From contig JBBQUX010000001.1 in the NCBI GenBank assembly GCA_038212135.1, forward strand, positions 13,734 to 77,733: DNA of 64,000 bases. The letters are read 5' to 3'. The notes under the pieces were generated by a model. The model worked only from the letters and a program-made list of their open reading frames with translations. It was not told the origin of the DNA and did no database searches. Of this stretch, positions 19,435 to 29,606 are shown one piece after another. Positions within the stretch are counted from its first letter, which is position 1; every line of letters starts with the position of its first letter. A program made the translations under genes and the position numbers. Source of the stretch: Bacteroidales bacterium. Lineage in GTDB: Bacteria > Bacteroidota > Bacteroidia > Bacteroidales > UBA4417.

Positions 19435-20478
19435 ATGGGATTTGCAAGTTTTGTCAGTAGTAAAGGTTACAAAAACTTTATGTCGAAGTTGTATGGTATA
19501 GGTGCTTCAGTCGTAATTGTAGGAGCTCTGTTTAAAATCGTACACATTCAGGGCGCTAATGAAATGCTTTTTGTCGGTTTGATCACTGAAGCAATTATTT
19601 TCCTTTTTTCAGCATTTGAACCACCTCATGTGGAGCCTGACTGGAGCCTGGTTTATCCCGAACTTGCAGGAATGTATCACGAAGGTCCGGGATCACCGGG
19701 ATCAGTAAAAAGAACTCCTGGCGGTAAAACGGTTACGCAGGAACTTGACGACATGCTCTCGAAAGCAAAGATAGGCCCTGAACTGATCGAGAGCCTTGGC
19801 GATGGAATGCGTAAAATGAGCGAAAACGTCAGCAAGATGTCGGATGTTACAAGTACTGCCGTTGCCACTGATAATTTTGTAAAAAATGTAAATGAGGCAG
19901 GCAAATCAGCCGGCGAGCTATCTTCATCCTATAAAAGAGTTAGTGATGTGCTGCAACAGGACGCTTCTACAGTTGGTGAGTTTTCGTCGAGCGTAAAATC
20001 CGCAGCGGTATCAGCAGGTACACTTGCTACTGTTTATAATGATGTTTCATCCGCCATCAAAAAGGAAATGTCGGCTACCGAAACTTTTGCCAACAGTATA
20101 TCAGCAGCTACAGATTCAGCTAACCGCTTAGCAGAAAAATATAACGTTTCAGCCGATATTCTAAGCAAATCAGCCGAAATGCTTAATTTCAGTACGCTCG
20201 ACAGCAAAGCCTATAATGATCAGTTGCAGAAAATTTCAACTAATCTGGCCGCTCTCAATACTATTTATGAAGTTCAGTTGAAATCATCCAATGAGCAGAT
20301 TGAAACTACAAACCAGCTCAGGTCAACAGTTGGATCGTTCCTCAGCAGCATGAATGAGTCTTCATCCAATATGACCAAATACCAGCAGGAAATTGACCAG
20401 CTTACAAAGCGGGTTAGTGCACTGAACCAGGTTTATGGTAATATGCTTACTGCTATGAACGTAAACATGAACAAATAA
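19435..20478 (+). CDS. gldL: T9SS motor protein GldL/PorL
   Basis: N-terminus KLYGIGASVVIVGALFKIVHIQGANEMLFVGLITEAIIFLFSAFEPPH, two TM helices with the conserved Glu. The cytoplasmic tail is long and Ser/Ala-rich. Confidence 0.85.
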   Translation: MGFASFVSSKGYKNFMSKLYGIGASVVIVGALFKIVHIQGANEMLFVGLITEAIIFLFSAFEPPHVEPDWSLVYPELAGMYHEGPGSPGSVKRTPGGKTVTQELDDMLSKAKIGPELIESLGDGMRKMSENVSKMSDVTSTAVATDNFVKNVNEAGKSAGELSSSYKRVSDVLQQDASTVGEFSSSVKSAAVSAGTLATVYNDVSSAIKKEMSATETFANSISAATDSANRLAEKYNVSADILSKSAEMLNFSTLDSKAYNDQLQKISTNLAALNTIYEVQLKSSNEQIETTNQLRSTVGSFLSSMNESSSNMTKYQQEIDQLTKRVSALNQVYGNMLTAMNVNMNK

Positions 20479-20529
20479 CCTGCAATCAACAACTTTATAA
20501 ATATTTTACAACACTGAAAACGCTTAATT

Positions 20530-22086
20530 ATGGCTGGATATAAAGAGACGCCGAGGCAAAAAATGATCGGGATGATGTACCTGGTGTTAACTGCCTTACT
20601 GGCACTCAATGTGTCTGTTGAAATTCTGAATGCCTTCCTGATCGTTAACGAAAGTATGGAAACCACCAACAGAACTTTTAGCAGCAAAACTTCTGAATAT
20701 TATGCCCGATTCGAAGATGCTTATAAAAATGATCCCGGTAAAGTTGGTCCTTATTGGGAAAAAGCTCAACAGGCCCGCAAGCTTTCTGACGAATTGAAAA
20801 TCTATTTGAACAACGTAAAGTATGAGGCAATAGCTGTATCCGAAAAAATACCTATCGATTCGGCAAAGGTTCGACCGCTCTACACCATCGGCACAAAAGA
20901 TAAATACGACGAAACTACCGTTTACTTTATTGGGAATTCAGTGGATGGATCCAAAGGGAAAGCAGGTGAAATGCAGACTAAAATTGCAAAGTTCAAACAG
21001 GATTTACTTAGCATTGTTGATGCTGAAGATCGTTCAAGTATCAAAATAGGTCTTGATCTTGACGGTCCGTTTTATGATGCTGACCACAACAAACAGAACT
21101 GGGCCATGCACAACTTTTACCATACCATTCTGGCTGCTGATGTTACCATCCTGAACAAGCTGGTTGCTGAAGTACAAAATGCTGAGCTCGACGTTATTAC
21201 ACACCTCAAAAGTAAGGTTGGAGCCGCTGACTTTAAAATTGACCAGGTTGGCGCAACTGTTGTTCCTAAAAGTCAGTATGTTTTCATGGGCGAGAACTAC
21301 GAAGCTGAAGTTTTTGTAACAGCAATGGATTCCAAGCAGGAATTTACTGCCAATATAGGCGGAATGAGGACCAGCGAGAACGGCGTAATAAAAGTTACTC
21401 TTCCTGCAACTTCACCGGGACCAAAAGTTGTTACCGGGCAGGTGATGTACAAATCTCCTACAGGCGAAGTTAAGCCCTACGAAGTAAAATTTGAATACAT
21501 AGTAGCACCTCCTTCTTTATCGGTCTCCGCTACCAAAATGAACGTGTTCTATGTTGGTGTCGATAATCCGGTCTCAATTTCTGCAGGTGGTGTTTCACCG
21601 GATCAGATAAATGCAAGTATTACCAATGGTTCAATTACCCGTAACGGTGCTATTTGGGTTGTTCGTCCGGGTTCTCCGGGCAAAGCTTCGGTAACAGTAA
21701 ATGCAAAACTTGGCGATCGCATGAAAAGTATGGGGAGTGTTGAGTACCGTGTAAAGAATGTTCCTTCTCCGACTGCTTTTATTGCAAATACTGATGGTGG
21801 TGCTGTGAGCAGAGATCTGGTACTTGCTTCTGGTGCAATAATTCCCCGCATGCCATCAGATTTCGAGTTTGACCTGAATTTTTTGGTTACATCATTCAAG
21901 TTTTCAGGTAACAGAAAAGGTGATCTTGTTGATTACTCAGGGAATGGAAATAGTCTGACAAGTCAAATGAAGGATTTTATCCGTCAGGCCAGGCGTGGTG
22001 ATAAAGTCATTCTGGAAGATATCATGGCCAAAGGTCCTGATGGTAAAACCCGTAAATTGAATTCGATTGTACTTACGCTTCAATAA
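20530..22086 (+). CDS. gldM: T9SS periplasmic motor/shaft protein GldM/PorM
   Basis: N-terminus ETPRQKMIGMMYLVLTALLALNVS, a single TM segment with the conserved Arg. 518 aa. Position between gldL and gldN. Confidence 0.85.
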   Translation: MAGYKETPRQKMIGMMYLVLTALLALNVSVEILNAFLIVNESMETTNRTFSSKTSEYYARFEDAYKNDPGKVGPYWEKAQQARKLSDELKIYLNNVKYEAIAVSEKIPIDSAKVRPLYTIGTKDKYDETTVYFIGNSVDGSKGKAGEMQTKIAKFKQDLLSIVDAEDRSSIKIGLDLDGPFYDADHNKQNWAMHNFYHTILAADVTILNKLVAEVQNAELDVITHLKSKVGAADFKIDQVGATVVPKSQYVFMGENYEAEVFVTAMDSKQEFTANIGGMRTSENGVIKVTLPATSPGPKVVTGQVMYKSPTGEVKPYEVKFEYIVAPPSLSVSATKMNVFYVGVDNPVSISAGGVSPDQINASITNGSITRNGAIWVVRPGSPGKASVTVNAKLGDRMKSMGSVEYRVKNVPSPTAFIANTDGGAVSRDLVLASGAIIPRMPSDFEFDLNFLVTSFKFSGNRKGDLVDYSGNGNSLTSQMKDFIRQARRGDKVILEDIMAKGPDGKTRKLNSIVLTLQ

Positions 22087-22201
22087 ATCTAACGATTTTA
22101 AGCTGATATGAAATAGCCATGATTGTACATCACCCATCAGGGATGATATTATGAAAAATCTGGCGTATTCCATCTGACCCGTAAAAAATAAATATTGACA
22201 G

Positions 22202-23056
22202 ATGAAAAAGAATATTCTGATCATAGCGATCCTGTTGCTTTTCATTGCTGCCAGCAGTAATGCGCAACAGATACTGAATACGCCTCCCCGCGATGGTGTG
22301 GTTGATAAAAGCGAGAAGATCGAGAAAAAACCAATTCCCTATCCCTGGATCAGAAATGCTGATTATGTATGGGAAAAACGCCTGTGGCGCGTTATTGACA
22401 TGCGTGAGAAAATGAATCAGCCCATGTATTATCCTGAAACTCCGCATAATAACTGGCGCAGCTTTATGACTATCATGATGGATGCTATTAAGGAAGGTAG
22501 CCTTACAGCTTATGATGCCAATTCACCTACTGATGAGTTTATTTCCCCGATGTCGTTCAAAGAACTGATGGCAAGTGTGGAGAAAGCTGACTCAATGCAG
22601 TTGCAACGTTCATACCCCCCTTACGATTTTTATGATACCGTTATTGTTAAAAAACTAAATACTACTGATATAAAGAAAATCAGGATTAAGGAAGATTGGT
22701 TTTTCGATAAACAGCGTTCCATGCTAGAAGTTCGCATCATAGGCATTTGCCCGGTAATTGATGTTTTTAATGATGATGGCACCTTTCGTGGTATGAAGCC
22801 TCTTTTCTGGATTTATTTTCCTGAGGCCAGGCCAATTATGGCTAAATCGGAAGTCTTCAACAGGTTTAACGGTGCAGCAAAGCTTACTTACGACGATTTC
22901 TTCTGGAAGAGGATGTTCAGCAGTTATATTTATAAAGTAGATAATCAGTATGATAGAAAAATCGCTGAGTACGCAACCGGTATTGATGCCATATTGGAAT
23001 CGGAACGTATAAAAGAAGATCTTTTTAACTTTGAACAGCAACTCTGGGAATACTAA
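22202..23056 (+). CDS. gldN: T9SS ring protein GldN/PorN
   Basis: 284 aa, signal peptide, WEKRLWRVIDMREKMNQPMYYP and IKEDWFFDKQRS motifs. Last gene of the porP-gldKLMN operon. Confidence 0.8.
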   Translation: MKKNILIIAILLLFIAASSNAQQILNTPPRDGVVDKSEKIEKKPIPYPWIRNADYVWEKRLWRVIDMREKMNQPMYYPETPHNNWRSFMTIMMDAIKEGSLTAYDANSPTDEFISPMSFKELMASVEKADSMQLQRSYPPYDFYDTVIVKKLNTTDIKKIRIKEDWFFDKQRSMLEVRIIGICPVIDVFNDDGTFRGMKPLFWIYFPEARPIMAKSEVFNRFNGAAKLTYDDFFWKRMFSSYIYKVDNQYDRKIAEYATGIDAILESERIKEDLFNFEQQLWEY

Positions 23057-23094
23057 GCTGGTTATATCCCAATTGTATTAGGATGATTTAACAG

Positions 23095-23130
23095 GCAACT
23101 CTTCACTCATGGAGAGTTGCTTTTGTTTTT
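23095..23130 (+). terminator. rho-independent terminator after gldN
   Basis: GCAACTCT-loop-AGAGTTGC (8-bp stem) followed by ttttgttttt. Confidence 0.7.
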
Positions 23131-23131
23131 A

Positions 23132-23139
23132 TACATTTG
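23132..23139 (+). promoter_or_regulatory. Bacteroidota -7 promoter box (TAnnTTTG)
   Basis: TACATTTG lies directly after the gldN terminator and about 65 nt upstream of the recG ATG. Confidence 0.4.
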
Positions 23140-23205
23140 TAGTTTGCCTGGCATCACTGCAAAAGGGTGAAGAAAAATTTCCATTTTTCAATTTTAATTC
23201 TTCTC

Positions 23206-25311
23206 ATGTCCGCTGATCTGCTTCAAACACCTATTGAATATCTCAAGGGAGTCGGCCCCAGGCGCGGCGAACTGCTTCGTAAGGATGCCGGTGTAAGCAC
23301 GTATTACGATATGTTGACATACTATCCCTTCAGGCATGTGGATCGTAGCAGATTTTCGCCTATTGGCGAAATAAACTCCGAAAATATCTACCTGCAGATA
23401 CGGGGCAAAGTTACTGATGTTCAACTGGTCGGTCAGGCCAGAGCATCGCGCCTGGTTGTTACATTACGCGATAATACCGGCTCCATTGACCTGATTTGGT
23501 TCCAGGGAATTAGCTGGGTAAAGGATAAATTCACTCCTGGCAGCGAATGGGTTGTGTTTGGCAAACCCTCCCTGTTTAATGGCCGTTATAATATCTCACA
23601 TCCCGAAACCGAATCGATTGCCGAATTTGTTGCTCAGCCGGCTGATCCGCTTCACCCTATTTACAATTCGTCGGAGAAAATGAAACTCAATGGGTTGAGT
23701 ACCCGTGCTATTTCGAAAATTACACGCACCCTGGTCAACCAGTTAAAAGGTGTAATTCCCGAAACACTGAGTATTACTATTCTCAATGAACTGAAACTTA
23801 TGGATCGTGAGACGGCCTTGGTAAATATTCATTTTCCAACGGATGGTGAAATATTGGAGAAAGCCCGTGCCCGTCTGAAATTCGATGAACTGTTTTTTAT
23901 TCAACTGCGCCTCTTACGTTATAAAATTAACCGTGCCGAGAAAATCAGGGGAAATGTTTTCAGTCATATTGGTGATTTGTTTAACGGATTTTACAAGGAA
24001 CACCTTCCTTTTGAACTTACCAATGCTCAGAAAAAGGTCATCCGCGAAATACGTGCCGATATGGGTTCCGGTAAGCAAATGAACCGATTGTTGCAGGGAG
24101 ATGTTGGCAGTGGAAAAACTTTGGTGGCACTGATGTGTATGCTGATTGCCCTCGACAATGGCTTCCAGGCTTGCCTGATGGCTCCTACCGAAATACTTGC
24201 AAATCAACATTATGCTACAATTACGAAGTTTCTTTCAGGAATGGATGTAAAGGTTGACCTCTTAACCGGAAGCACAAAAAAAGCCCGCCGTAAAGAAATC
24301 CATCCCATGCTGCAATCGGGTGAATTGCACATAATTATAGGTACCCATGCTTTAATAGAGGATACCGTTAAGTTTAGTAACCTCGGCCTGGTTGTGGTTG
24401 ATGAACAACATCGTTTCGGTGTTGCACAGAGGGCAAAAATGTGGAGTAAAAGCGAAGTGCCGCCGCATGTGTTGGTTATGACTGCTACGCCGATTCCCCG
24501 CACACTGGCCATGACTGTGTATGGGGACCTTGACCTTTCGGTGATTGATGAACTTCCGCCTGGACGCAAAGCCATTAAAACGTATCATTTCTATGAATCG
24601 GGTCATGAAAAAGTGTATAATTTCATGCGTCAGCAGATTGCATCAGGAAGACAGATTTATGTTGTGTACCCGCTTATTGAAGAATCAGAAATGCTTGATC
24701 TGAAAAACCTTCAGGATGGATTCGAGCATCTTAAACAAGTGTTTCGCTCACCTCAGTATAGTTTGAGCATGGTTCACGGTCGCAAGAAAGCGGACGAAAA
24801 GGATGCTGAAATGATGCGTTTTAAAAATGGTGAAACTCAGATTTTGGTTGCTACAACAGTTATTGAAGTGGGAGTGGATGTTCCAAATGCTTCGGTGATG
24901 GTGATCGAGAATGCTGAAAGGTTCGGACTTTCACAACTTCACCAGCTTCGTGGCAGGGTCGGGCGTGGGGCCGATCAATCGCATTGCATTCTGATGACCG
25001 GTTTTAATCTTTCAGCTGATGGACGGATACGGATTGATACCATGGTGAGGACAACAGACGGATTCGAAATTTCGGATGTTGACCTGAAACTACGCGGTCC
25101 CGGCGACCTCGAAGGAACCCGTCAAAGCGGAATTCTCGACCTTAAGCTGGCGGATATTGTCCGCGATGAGCAGTTACTCAGAGCATCGCGAAATATTGCG
25201 CAAAAACTTCTTGATGAGGATCCCCACCTTACAAATATTGATAACCAGAGAATGGTTCGTTATCTGAATTATCTGAACAGCAAAAAATCGGAATGGGCAC
25301 AAATAAGTTAG
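23206..25311 (+). CDS. recG: ATP-dependent DNA helicase RecG
   Basis: Wedge domain N-terminus (LQTPIEYLKGVGPRRGELL). Helicase motifs LLQGDVGSGKT, DEQHRFG, TATPIPRT and QLRGRVGRG. ATG at 23206 preferred over the GTG-initiated track ORF. Confidence 0.93.
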   Translation: MSADLLQTPIEYLKGVGPRRGELLRKDAGVSTYYDMLTYYPFRHVDRSRFSPIGEINSENIYLQIRGKVTDVQLVGQARASRLVVTLRDNTGSIDLIWFQGISWVKDKFTPGSEWVVFGKPSLFNGRYNISHPETESIAEFVAQPADPLHPIYNSSEKMKLNGLSTRAISKITRTLVNQLKGVIPETLSITILNELKLMDRETALVNIHFPTDGEILEKARARLKFDELFFIQLRLLRYKINRAEKIRGNVFSHIGDLFNGFYKEHLPFELTNAQKKVIREIRADMGSGKQMNRLLQGDVGSGKTLVALMCMLIALDNGFQACLMAPTEILANQHYATITKFLSGMDVKVDLLTGSTKKARRKEIHPMLQSGELHIIIGTHALIEDTVKFSNLGLVVVDEQHRFGVAQRAKMWSKSEVPPHVLVMTATPIPRTLAMTVYGDLDLSVIDELPPGRKAIKTYHFYESGHEKVYNFMRQQIASGRQIYVVYPLIEESEMLDLKNLQDGFEHLKQVFRSPQYSLSMVHGRKKADEKDAEMMRFKNGETQILVATTVIEVGVDVPNASVMVIENAERFGLSQLHQLRGRVGRGADQSHCILMTGFNLSADGRIRIDTMVRTTDGFEISDVDLKLRGPGDLEGTRQSGILDLKLADIVRDEQLLRASRNIAQKLLDEDPHLTNIDNQRMVRYLNYLNSKKSEWAQIS

Positions 25312-25434
25312 ATACGCAATGTTTGCTTCTCTGACTTATAAAGTGCACATAAAGTCATCTGCCTTGCCTTATGCAATGATATGATTTTGAAAATGCAAAG
25401 ATTTATCCTTCCAATATCAGATCATAGCAACAAT

Positions 25435-26556
25435 CTATAACCCTCCGGTAAAAACAACTTTTCTGATCTGAATATATTTTCCGGTGTTAAGTACCAGGTA
25501 ATAAACACCTGCGGGCACACCAACTGGTTCCCATTCGCATGTATGGCTTCCTGAATTCAAGGTTTCATCAATCAACGTAGTGACGGGCATACCGCTTATG
25601 TCACGCACCTGAAGGAGGACTTTTGTGTTTTCTTTAAGTGTATAACTTATATGCGTCGATGTAACAAACGGATTTGGCGTATTTTGCCCGAGAACAGCGT
25701 TGCTTATAGCAATGGGATCGCTGATGGCGGCAGCAGAAAGTAACGAAGGGCTTCCAGCCTGCACCCATGCGGTATAAATCAGATCAGCCATAGCATGTGA
25801 TGCTTGTTCGAAAAGCGGTGTTGTAAAACTCTTGCTCTTTTCCCAAAGTGCATTCTTGTAAGCTGATGATGATGTATTTGTCGAAAACGTTATGGCATAA
25901 TCATCAGCCATCAGAATGGAATCGCAATAAGTGTAGTTAGTGTACAGATAATCAAATATATACTGGTTAACATCACTTATTTCTACAGCATCAGTCCCTG
26001 AGTATACAATTTCCGAAATATGTGCATTTATCATTGTTGACTCGTAACGTGAATGTATTCCTGAGTTCCCGGTGAATTGTCCGTTGTAATTCCTGGTAAT
26101 GTGCAAGGGCATATGTCCGTCAGCAACATAATGTCCCAGGTCGGCAGCAAAAATCTTGGCTTTTGCGAAGTCAAGCCTTTGCATACAATTTCGAAGCGAA
26201 TCAAAAGTGCGCCCGGTAGCCCAGGGTAAAATACCGTTGTCAATTACAAAAGCATTCCCATACAGCGCAATTACTGAATCGTAGGTCTGCGGAATTCGTC
26301 CGGTGGAAACAAAGAGACTGTAATTATCTATATCAATATAATGCCTGGGGCCTTCAGTTGGATCAGTTGATTTACGGTAATCGGCATCCGATGCATGTTC
26401 AGTCAGAAAAGCTACCCAAGCTTGAAAATCCTGCATTTGCTGATTGTACGAAAGTGATGAAGATTCACTTATTTTACTATGACCGGTTCCTCCCCAACTT
26501 ATCAAAATGAATGATAATGAGAGGATCAGGATTGTTGACAAGAATGACTTTTTCAA
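25435..26556 (-). CDS. S1/P1-type nuclease (zinc-dependent phospholipase C/nuclease fold) with T9SS type A C-terminal sorting domain
   Basis: Signal peptide, then WGGTGH (mature N-terminal Trp/His Zn ligands) and HYVADGHMPLH. The C-terminal 80 aa, NTPNPFVTSTHISYTL...AGVYYLVLNTG...IRKVVF, matches the Por secretion tail pattern. Confidence 0.75.
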   Translation of the reverse strand: MKKSFLSTILILSLSFILISWGGTGHSKISESSSLSYNQQMQDFQAWVAFLTEHASDADYRKSTDPTEGPRHYIDIDNYSLFVSTGRIPQTYDSVIALYGNAFVIDNGILPWATGRTFDSLRNCMQRLDFAKAKIFAADLGHYVADGHMPLHITRNYNGQFTGNSGIHSRYESTMINAHISEIVYSGTDAVEISDVNQYIFDYLYTNYTYCDSILMADDYAITFSTNTSSSAYKNALWEKSKSFTTPLFEQASHAMADLIYTAWVQAGSPSLLSAAAISDPIAISNAVLGQNTPNPFVTSTHISYTLKENTKVLLQVRDISGMPVTTLIDETLNSGSHTCEWEPVGVPAGVYYLVLNTGKYIQIRKVVFTGGL

Positions 26557-26674
26557 ATTGAGAGGTTTAACAGGATGTTAGAAAAAGGTAAAATTACACA
26601 ATTATTGGTTAAGTGAATGAAAATGAATGAAATTGGGTTAAAGTATGACTTCTGGTTTATTGGCTATTATGTTT

Positions 26675-26800
26675 AAAGGTTCAAAAGTTCAAAGGTTCAA
26701 ATACCTTCGGTGTTCAAAGTTCACTAACACTGCAAGCCCGAAGTACAAGTGTTCAAATACCTTTCGGCGGTTAAGATCTCCCAGCACTGCCTAACCCTGA
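26675..26800. repeat. degenerate tandem repeats (GTTCAAA words; two units of about 45-47 bp at a 55-bp period)
   Basis: aggttcaaaagttcaaaggttcaaa, then gttcaaataccttcggtgttcaaagttcactaacactgcaagccc, and 55 nt later gttcaaatacctttcggcggttaagatctcccagcactgcctaaccc. Confidence 0.8.
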
Positions 26801-26901
26801 CTTAAAGATGTCAACTTTATTTTTTTATAGGATTATTTGCACATCCGACATTACCTATCCAACATCCAAGATTTTCCACACATAGAAAGCCAATTATTCC
26901 T

Positions 26902-26909
26902 TAAATTTG
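26902..26909 (+). promoter_or_regulatory. Bacteroidota -7 promoter box (TAnnTTTG)
   Basis: TAAATTTG lies 22 nt upstream of the pheT ATG. Confidence 0.45.
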
Positions 26910-26930
26910 CGCCTCCGAAAAGAATTTACT

Positions 26931-29399
26931 ATGAAAATTTCGTACAAATGGCTGAAAGAATACACCAATGTCAGTCTTCCCCCGGTTGAAGTAGCAAGAA
27001 TATTGACTGATTGTGGTTTAGAAGTTGAAGCTATCGAAGAATATGAATCCATAAAAGGAGGCCTGAAAGGAATTGTAATAGGCCATGTGCTTTCAACGCA
27101 ACGCCATCCAAATGCAGATAAACTTACCTGCTGCAAGGTTGATGTTGGTGAAGGCAAAGTACTGGATATTGTTTGTGGTGCTCCTAATGTAGCTGCAGGC
27201 CAGCGTGTGCCGGTAGCAACAATCGGCACGGTACTCTTCAGGGGGGATGAATCTTTTACCATTAAAGCCGGCAAACTACGCGGCGAACCCAGTGATGGGA
27301 TGATTTGTGCCGAGGATGAACTTGGCCTCGGTGATTCACATGCAGGCATAATGGTGTTGAATGAAAATGCTATTGTTGGCTCCGCTGCTGCTGAATATTT
27401 TGGAGTAGATTCGGATACAATTCTGGAAGTCGCAATAACGCCAAACCGTGCTGATGCTACCTCGCATATCGGTGTGGCCCGCGACCTGGTTTCGGCCATT
27501 ACTAACCGCGAAAAGCAGCATAACAGCATTTTTCTTTCCCGTCCTTCAGTTGATGAGTTCAAAATAGATAATAATTCACTGCCGATCACGGTAAGTATTG
27601 AAAATCCCGAAGCTTGCCGAAGATATACCGGAGTCACAGTAAGCGGGTTACAGGTTAAACCCTCGCCGACATGGCTACAGGATAGATTGAAAGCAGTCGG
27701 GCTGCGTCCGATCAATAACATAGTTGATATTACCAATTTTGTGCTGATGGAAACCGGTCAGCCTTTGCACGCATTTGATGCCGCTTATGTTACCGGAAAC
27801 CAGGTTATTGTAAAGAAAATGCCTGCTGGTACAAAGTTCGTTACGCTCGATGGTGTTGATCGCAGTCCTGGCACTAACGACCTGATGATTTGTAATGATA
27901 GAGAACCAATGTGTATTGCCGGAGTATTTGGCGGAGCTAAATCGGGGGTTACCGAAAAAACTACCGCCATATTTCTCGAAAGTGCATATTTCGATGGGAC
28001 TCATGTGCGTAAAACTTCTAAACTGCATGGTTTAAAAACGGATGCTTCATTCCGTTTCGAACGGGGAGCCGATCCGAATATGACTGTTTATGCACTCAAA
28101 CGTGCCGCTTTACTGATGAAAGAAATTGCCGGTGGAAATATCTCCTCGGAAATTGTAGATGTATACCCCGAAGTGATCAGGAATGCTGAAATTGAAGTTT
28201 CGTTCAAAAGAATTAATACACTGATTGGTAAACAGATTGACAAGGAGACAGTTAAAGGCATTCTTACTTCGCTTGAAATAGACATTTTATCAGAAACAGA
28301 AGATGTTTTACTGCTTTCCGTTCCTCCCTTTAAAGTTGACGTTACCCGTGAGGCTGATGTAGTTGAAGAAATACTACGTATTTACGGATACAATAACATT
28401 GATTTCAGCGATTCACTAAAATCATCACTTTCATACAGCCGCAAACCTGATCCTGAAAAGCTCCAGCAAAAACTGGCTGACTTCCTGAGCAACAATGGTT
28501 TCAACGAAATACTCACCAATTCGCTTACCAGTTCGGCATACTACGAGAAGTCCGGCGTTTTCAATTTTGATCAATGCGTAAAAATACTAAACCCACTGAG
28601 CAGTGAACTTGGAGTAATGCGCCAGACTTTACTTTACAGCGGGCTCGAAAGTATTTCGCACAACCTCAACCGTCGCATGGCCGATCTCAAATTCTATGAA
28701 TTCGGGAATGTGTACCAGTATAATACTGCTCAGGCTGATAGTAGTGATGTAACCAAAAAATATTCAGAACGCAAAAAACTTTCGATATTTGTAACGGGCA
28801 GTCAGCAAGACGAAAGTTGGTATATGGCTTCCCGAAAAACGGATTATCATTTCCTGAAATCGCTGGTGTTTGCAACACTCCGCAAAACCGGAATTGCCCT
28901 GCAAAAACTCAGTGCTGTGGAAATTGAAAAAAATGTATTCGCCGAAGGTGAAGCATTCTGCATCAATACTAAGCCACTTGTAAGTATTGGACGTCTAAGC
29001 ACTTCTATCCTGAAACAGTTTGATATTAAACAGGATGTTTTCTATGCCGAAATCCACTGGAGTGCTTTGCTCCGTGAGGTGAAGCCCGATAATATAAAGT
29101 TCAGCGAGATAAGCCGTTTCCCGGAAGTTCGCCGCGACCTTGCACTGCTTCTCGATAAGAGTGTTAAATTTATTGATATTGAAACACTTGCCTATAAAAA
29201 CGGGAAAGGAATTTTACGCGCAGTAAACCTGTTTGATGTGTATGAAGGTGAGAAAATTGAAGCAGGTAAAAAATCCTATGCCGTGAGTTTTACTATGCAG
29301 GACGACCAGAAAACGCTGACAGATAATGATATTGAAAAACTGATGAAACGCCTTACCGAAGTCTTTGAAAAAGAAATGGGTGTAGTGATCCGGAAATAG
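26931..29399 (+). CDS. pheT: phenylalanine--tRNA ligase beta subunit
   Basis: MKISYKWLKEY N-terminus, tRNA-binding OB domain (HPNADKLTCCKVDVGEG), B3/4 and B5 domains, C-terminal FDVYEG motif. Confidence 0.93.
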   Translation: MKISYKWLKEYTNVSLPPVEVARILTDCGLEVEAIEEYESIKGGLKGIVIGHVLSTQRHPNADKLTCCKVDVGEGKVLDIVCGAPNVAAGQRVPVATIGTVLFRGDESFTIKAGKLRGEPSDGMICAEDELGLGDSHAGIMVLNENAIVGSAAAEYFGVDSDTILEVAITPNRADATSHIGVARDLVSAITNREKQHNSIFLSRPSVDEFKIDNNSLPITVSIENPEACRRYTGVTVSGLQVKPSPTWLQDRLKAVGLRPINNIVDITNFVLMETGQPLHAFDAAYVTGNQVIVKKMPAGTKFVTLDGVDRSPGTNDLMICNDREPMCIAGVFGGAKSGVTEKTTAIFLESAYFDGTHVRKTSKLHGLKTDASFRFERGADPNMTVYALKRAALLMKEIAGGNISSEIVDVYPEVIRNAEIEVSFKRINTLIGKQIDKETVKGILTSLEIDILSETEDVLLLSVPPFKVDVTREADVVEEILRIYGYNNIDFSDSLKSSLSYSRKPDPEKLQQKLADFLSNNGFNEILTNSLTSSAYYEKSGVFNFDQCVKILNPLSSELGVMRQTLLYSGLESISHNLNRRMADLKFYEFGNVYQYNTAQADSSDVTKKYSERKKLSIFVTGSQQDESWYMASRKTDYHFLKSLVFATLRKTGIALQKLSAVEIEKNVFAEGEAFCINTKPLVSIGRLSTSILKQFDIKQDVFYAEIHWSALLREVKPDNIKFSEISRFPEVRRDLALLLDKSVKFIDIETLAYKNGKGILRAVNLFDVYEGEKIEAGKKSYAVSFTMQDDQKTLTDNDIEKLMKRLTEVFEKEMGVVIRK

Positions 29400-29566
29400 T
29401 TTCAATTCAATTGTTTTCTAAGAGAAAGCCGGGCTCAGTTCCGGTTTTTTCTTGTTAACATGTGAAATAATTTGGATCCCGATTCCCAAATACTCCATTT
29501 TTGTCATTTTGTCAGCAATACTGCCAAAAATAGTTAAACGAATAAAATATTTACCGGGAATAGCGT

Positions 29567-29574
29567 TAACTTTG
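29567..29574 (+). promoter_or_regulatory. Bacteroidota -7 promoter box (TAnnTTTG)
   Basis: TAACTTTG lies 33 nt upstream of the sigma54-activator ATG. Confidence 0.4.
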
Positions 29575-29606
29575 CAGAGTAATAGCCTTTGAGGCAAAGA
29601 AATACA

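Noticed and set aside
26675-26800. Short intergenic tandem repeats (also at 31480, 40054 and 41130) as possible CRISPR arrays.
   Set aside because: The units are 7-10 bp words or two ~45-47-bp degenerate copies, without regular repeat-spacer architecture and without cas genes in the window.
26894-27736. Long antisense ORFs inside well-supported genes: 280 aa opposite pheT, 217 aa opposite groEL at 34353-35006, 176 aa opposite rseP at 8068-8598, and 168 aa at 5136-5642.
   Set aside because: They lie antisense to, or overlap, genes with strong family signatures. Their composition is low-complexity or odd, with no motifs. These are typical shadow ORFs.
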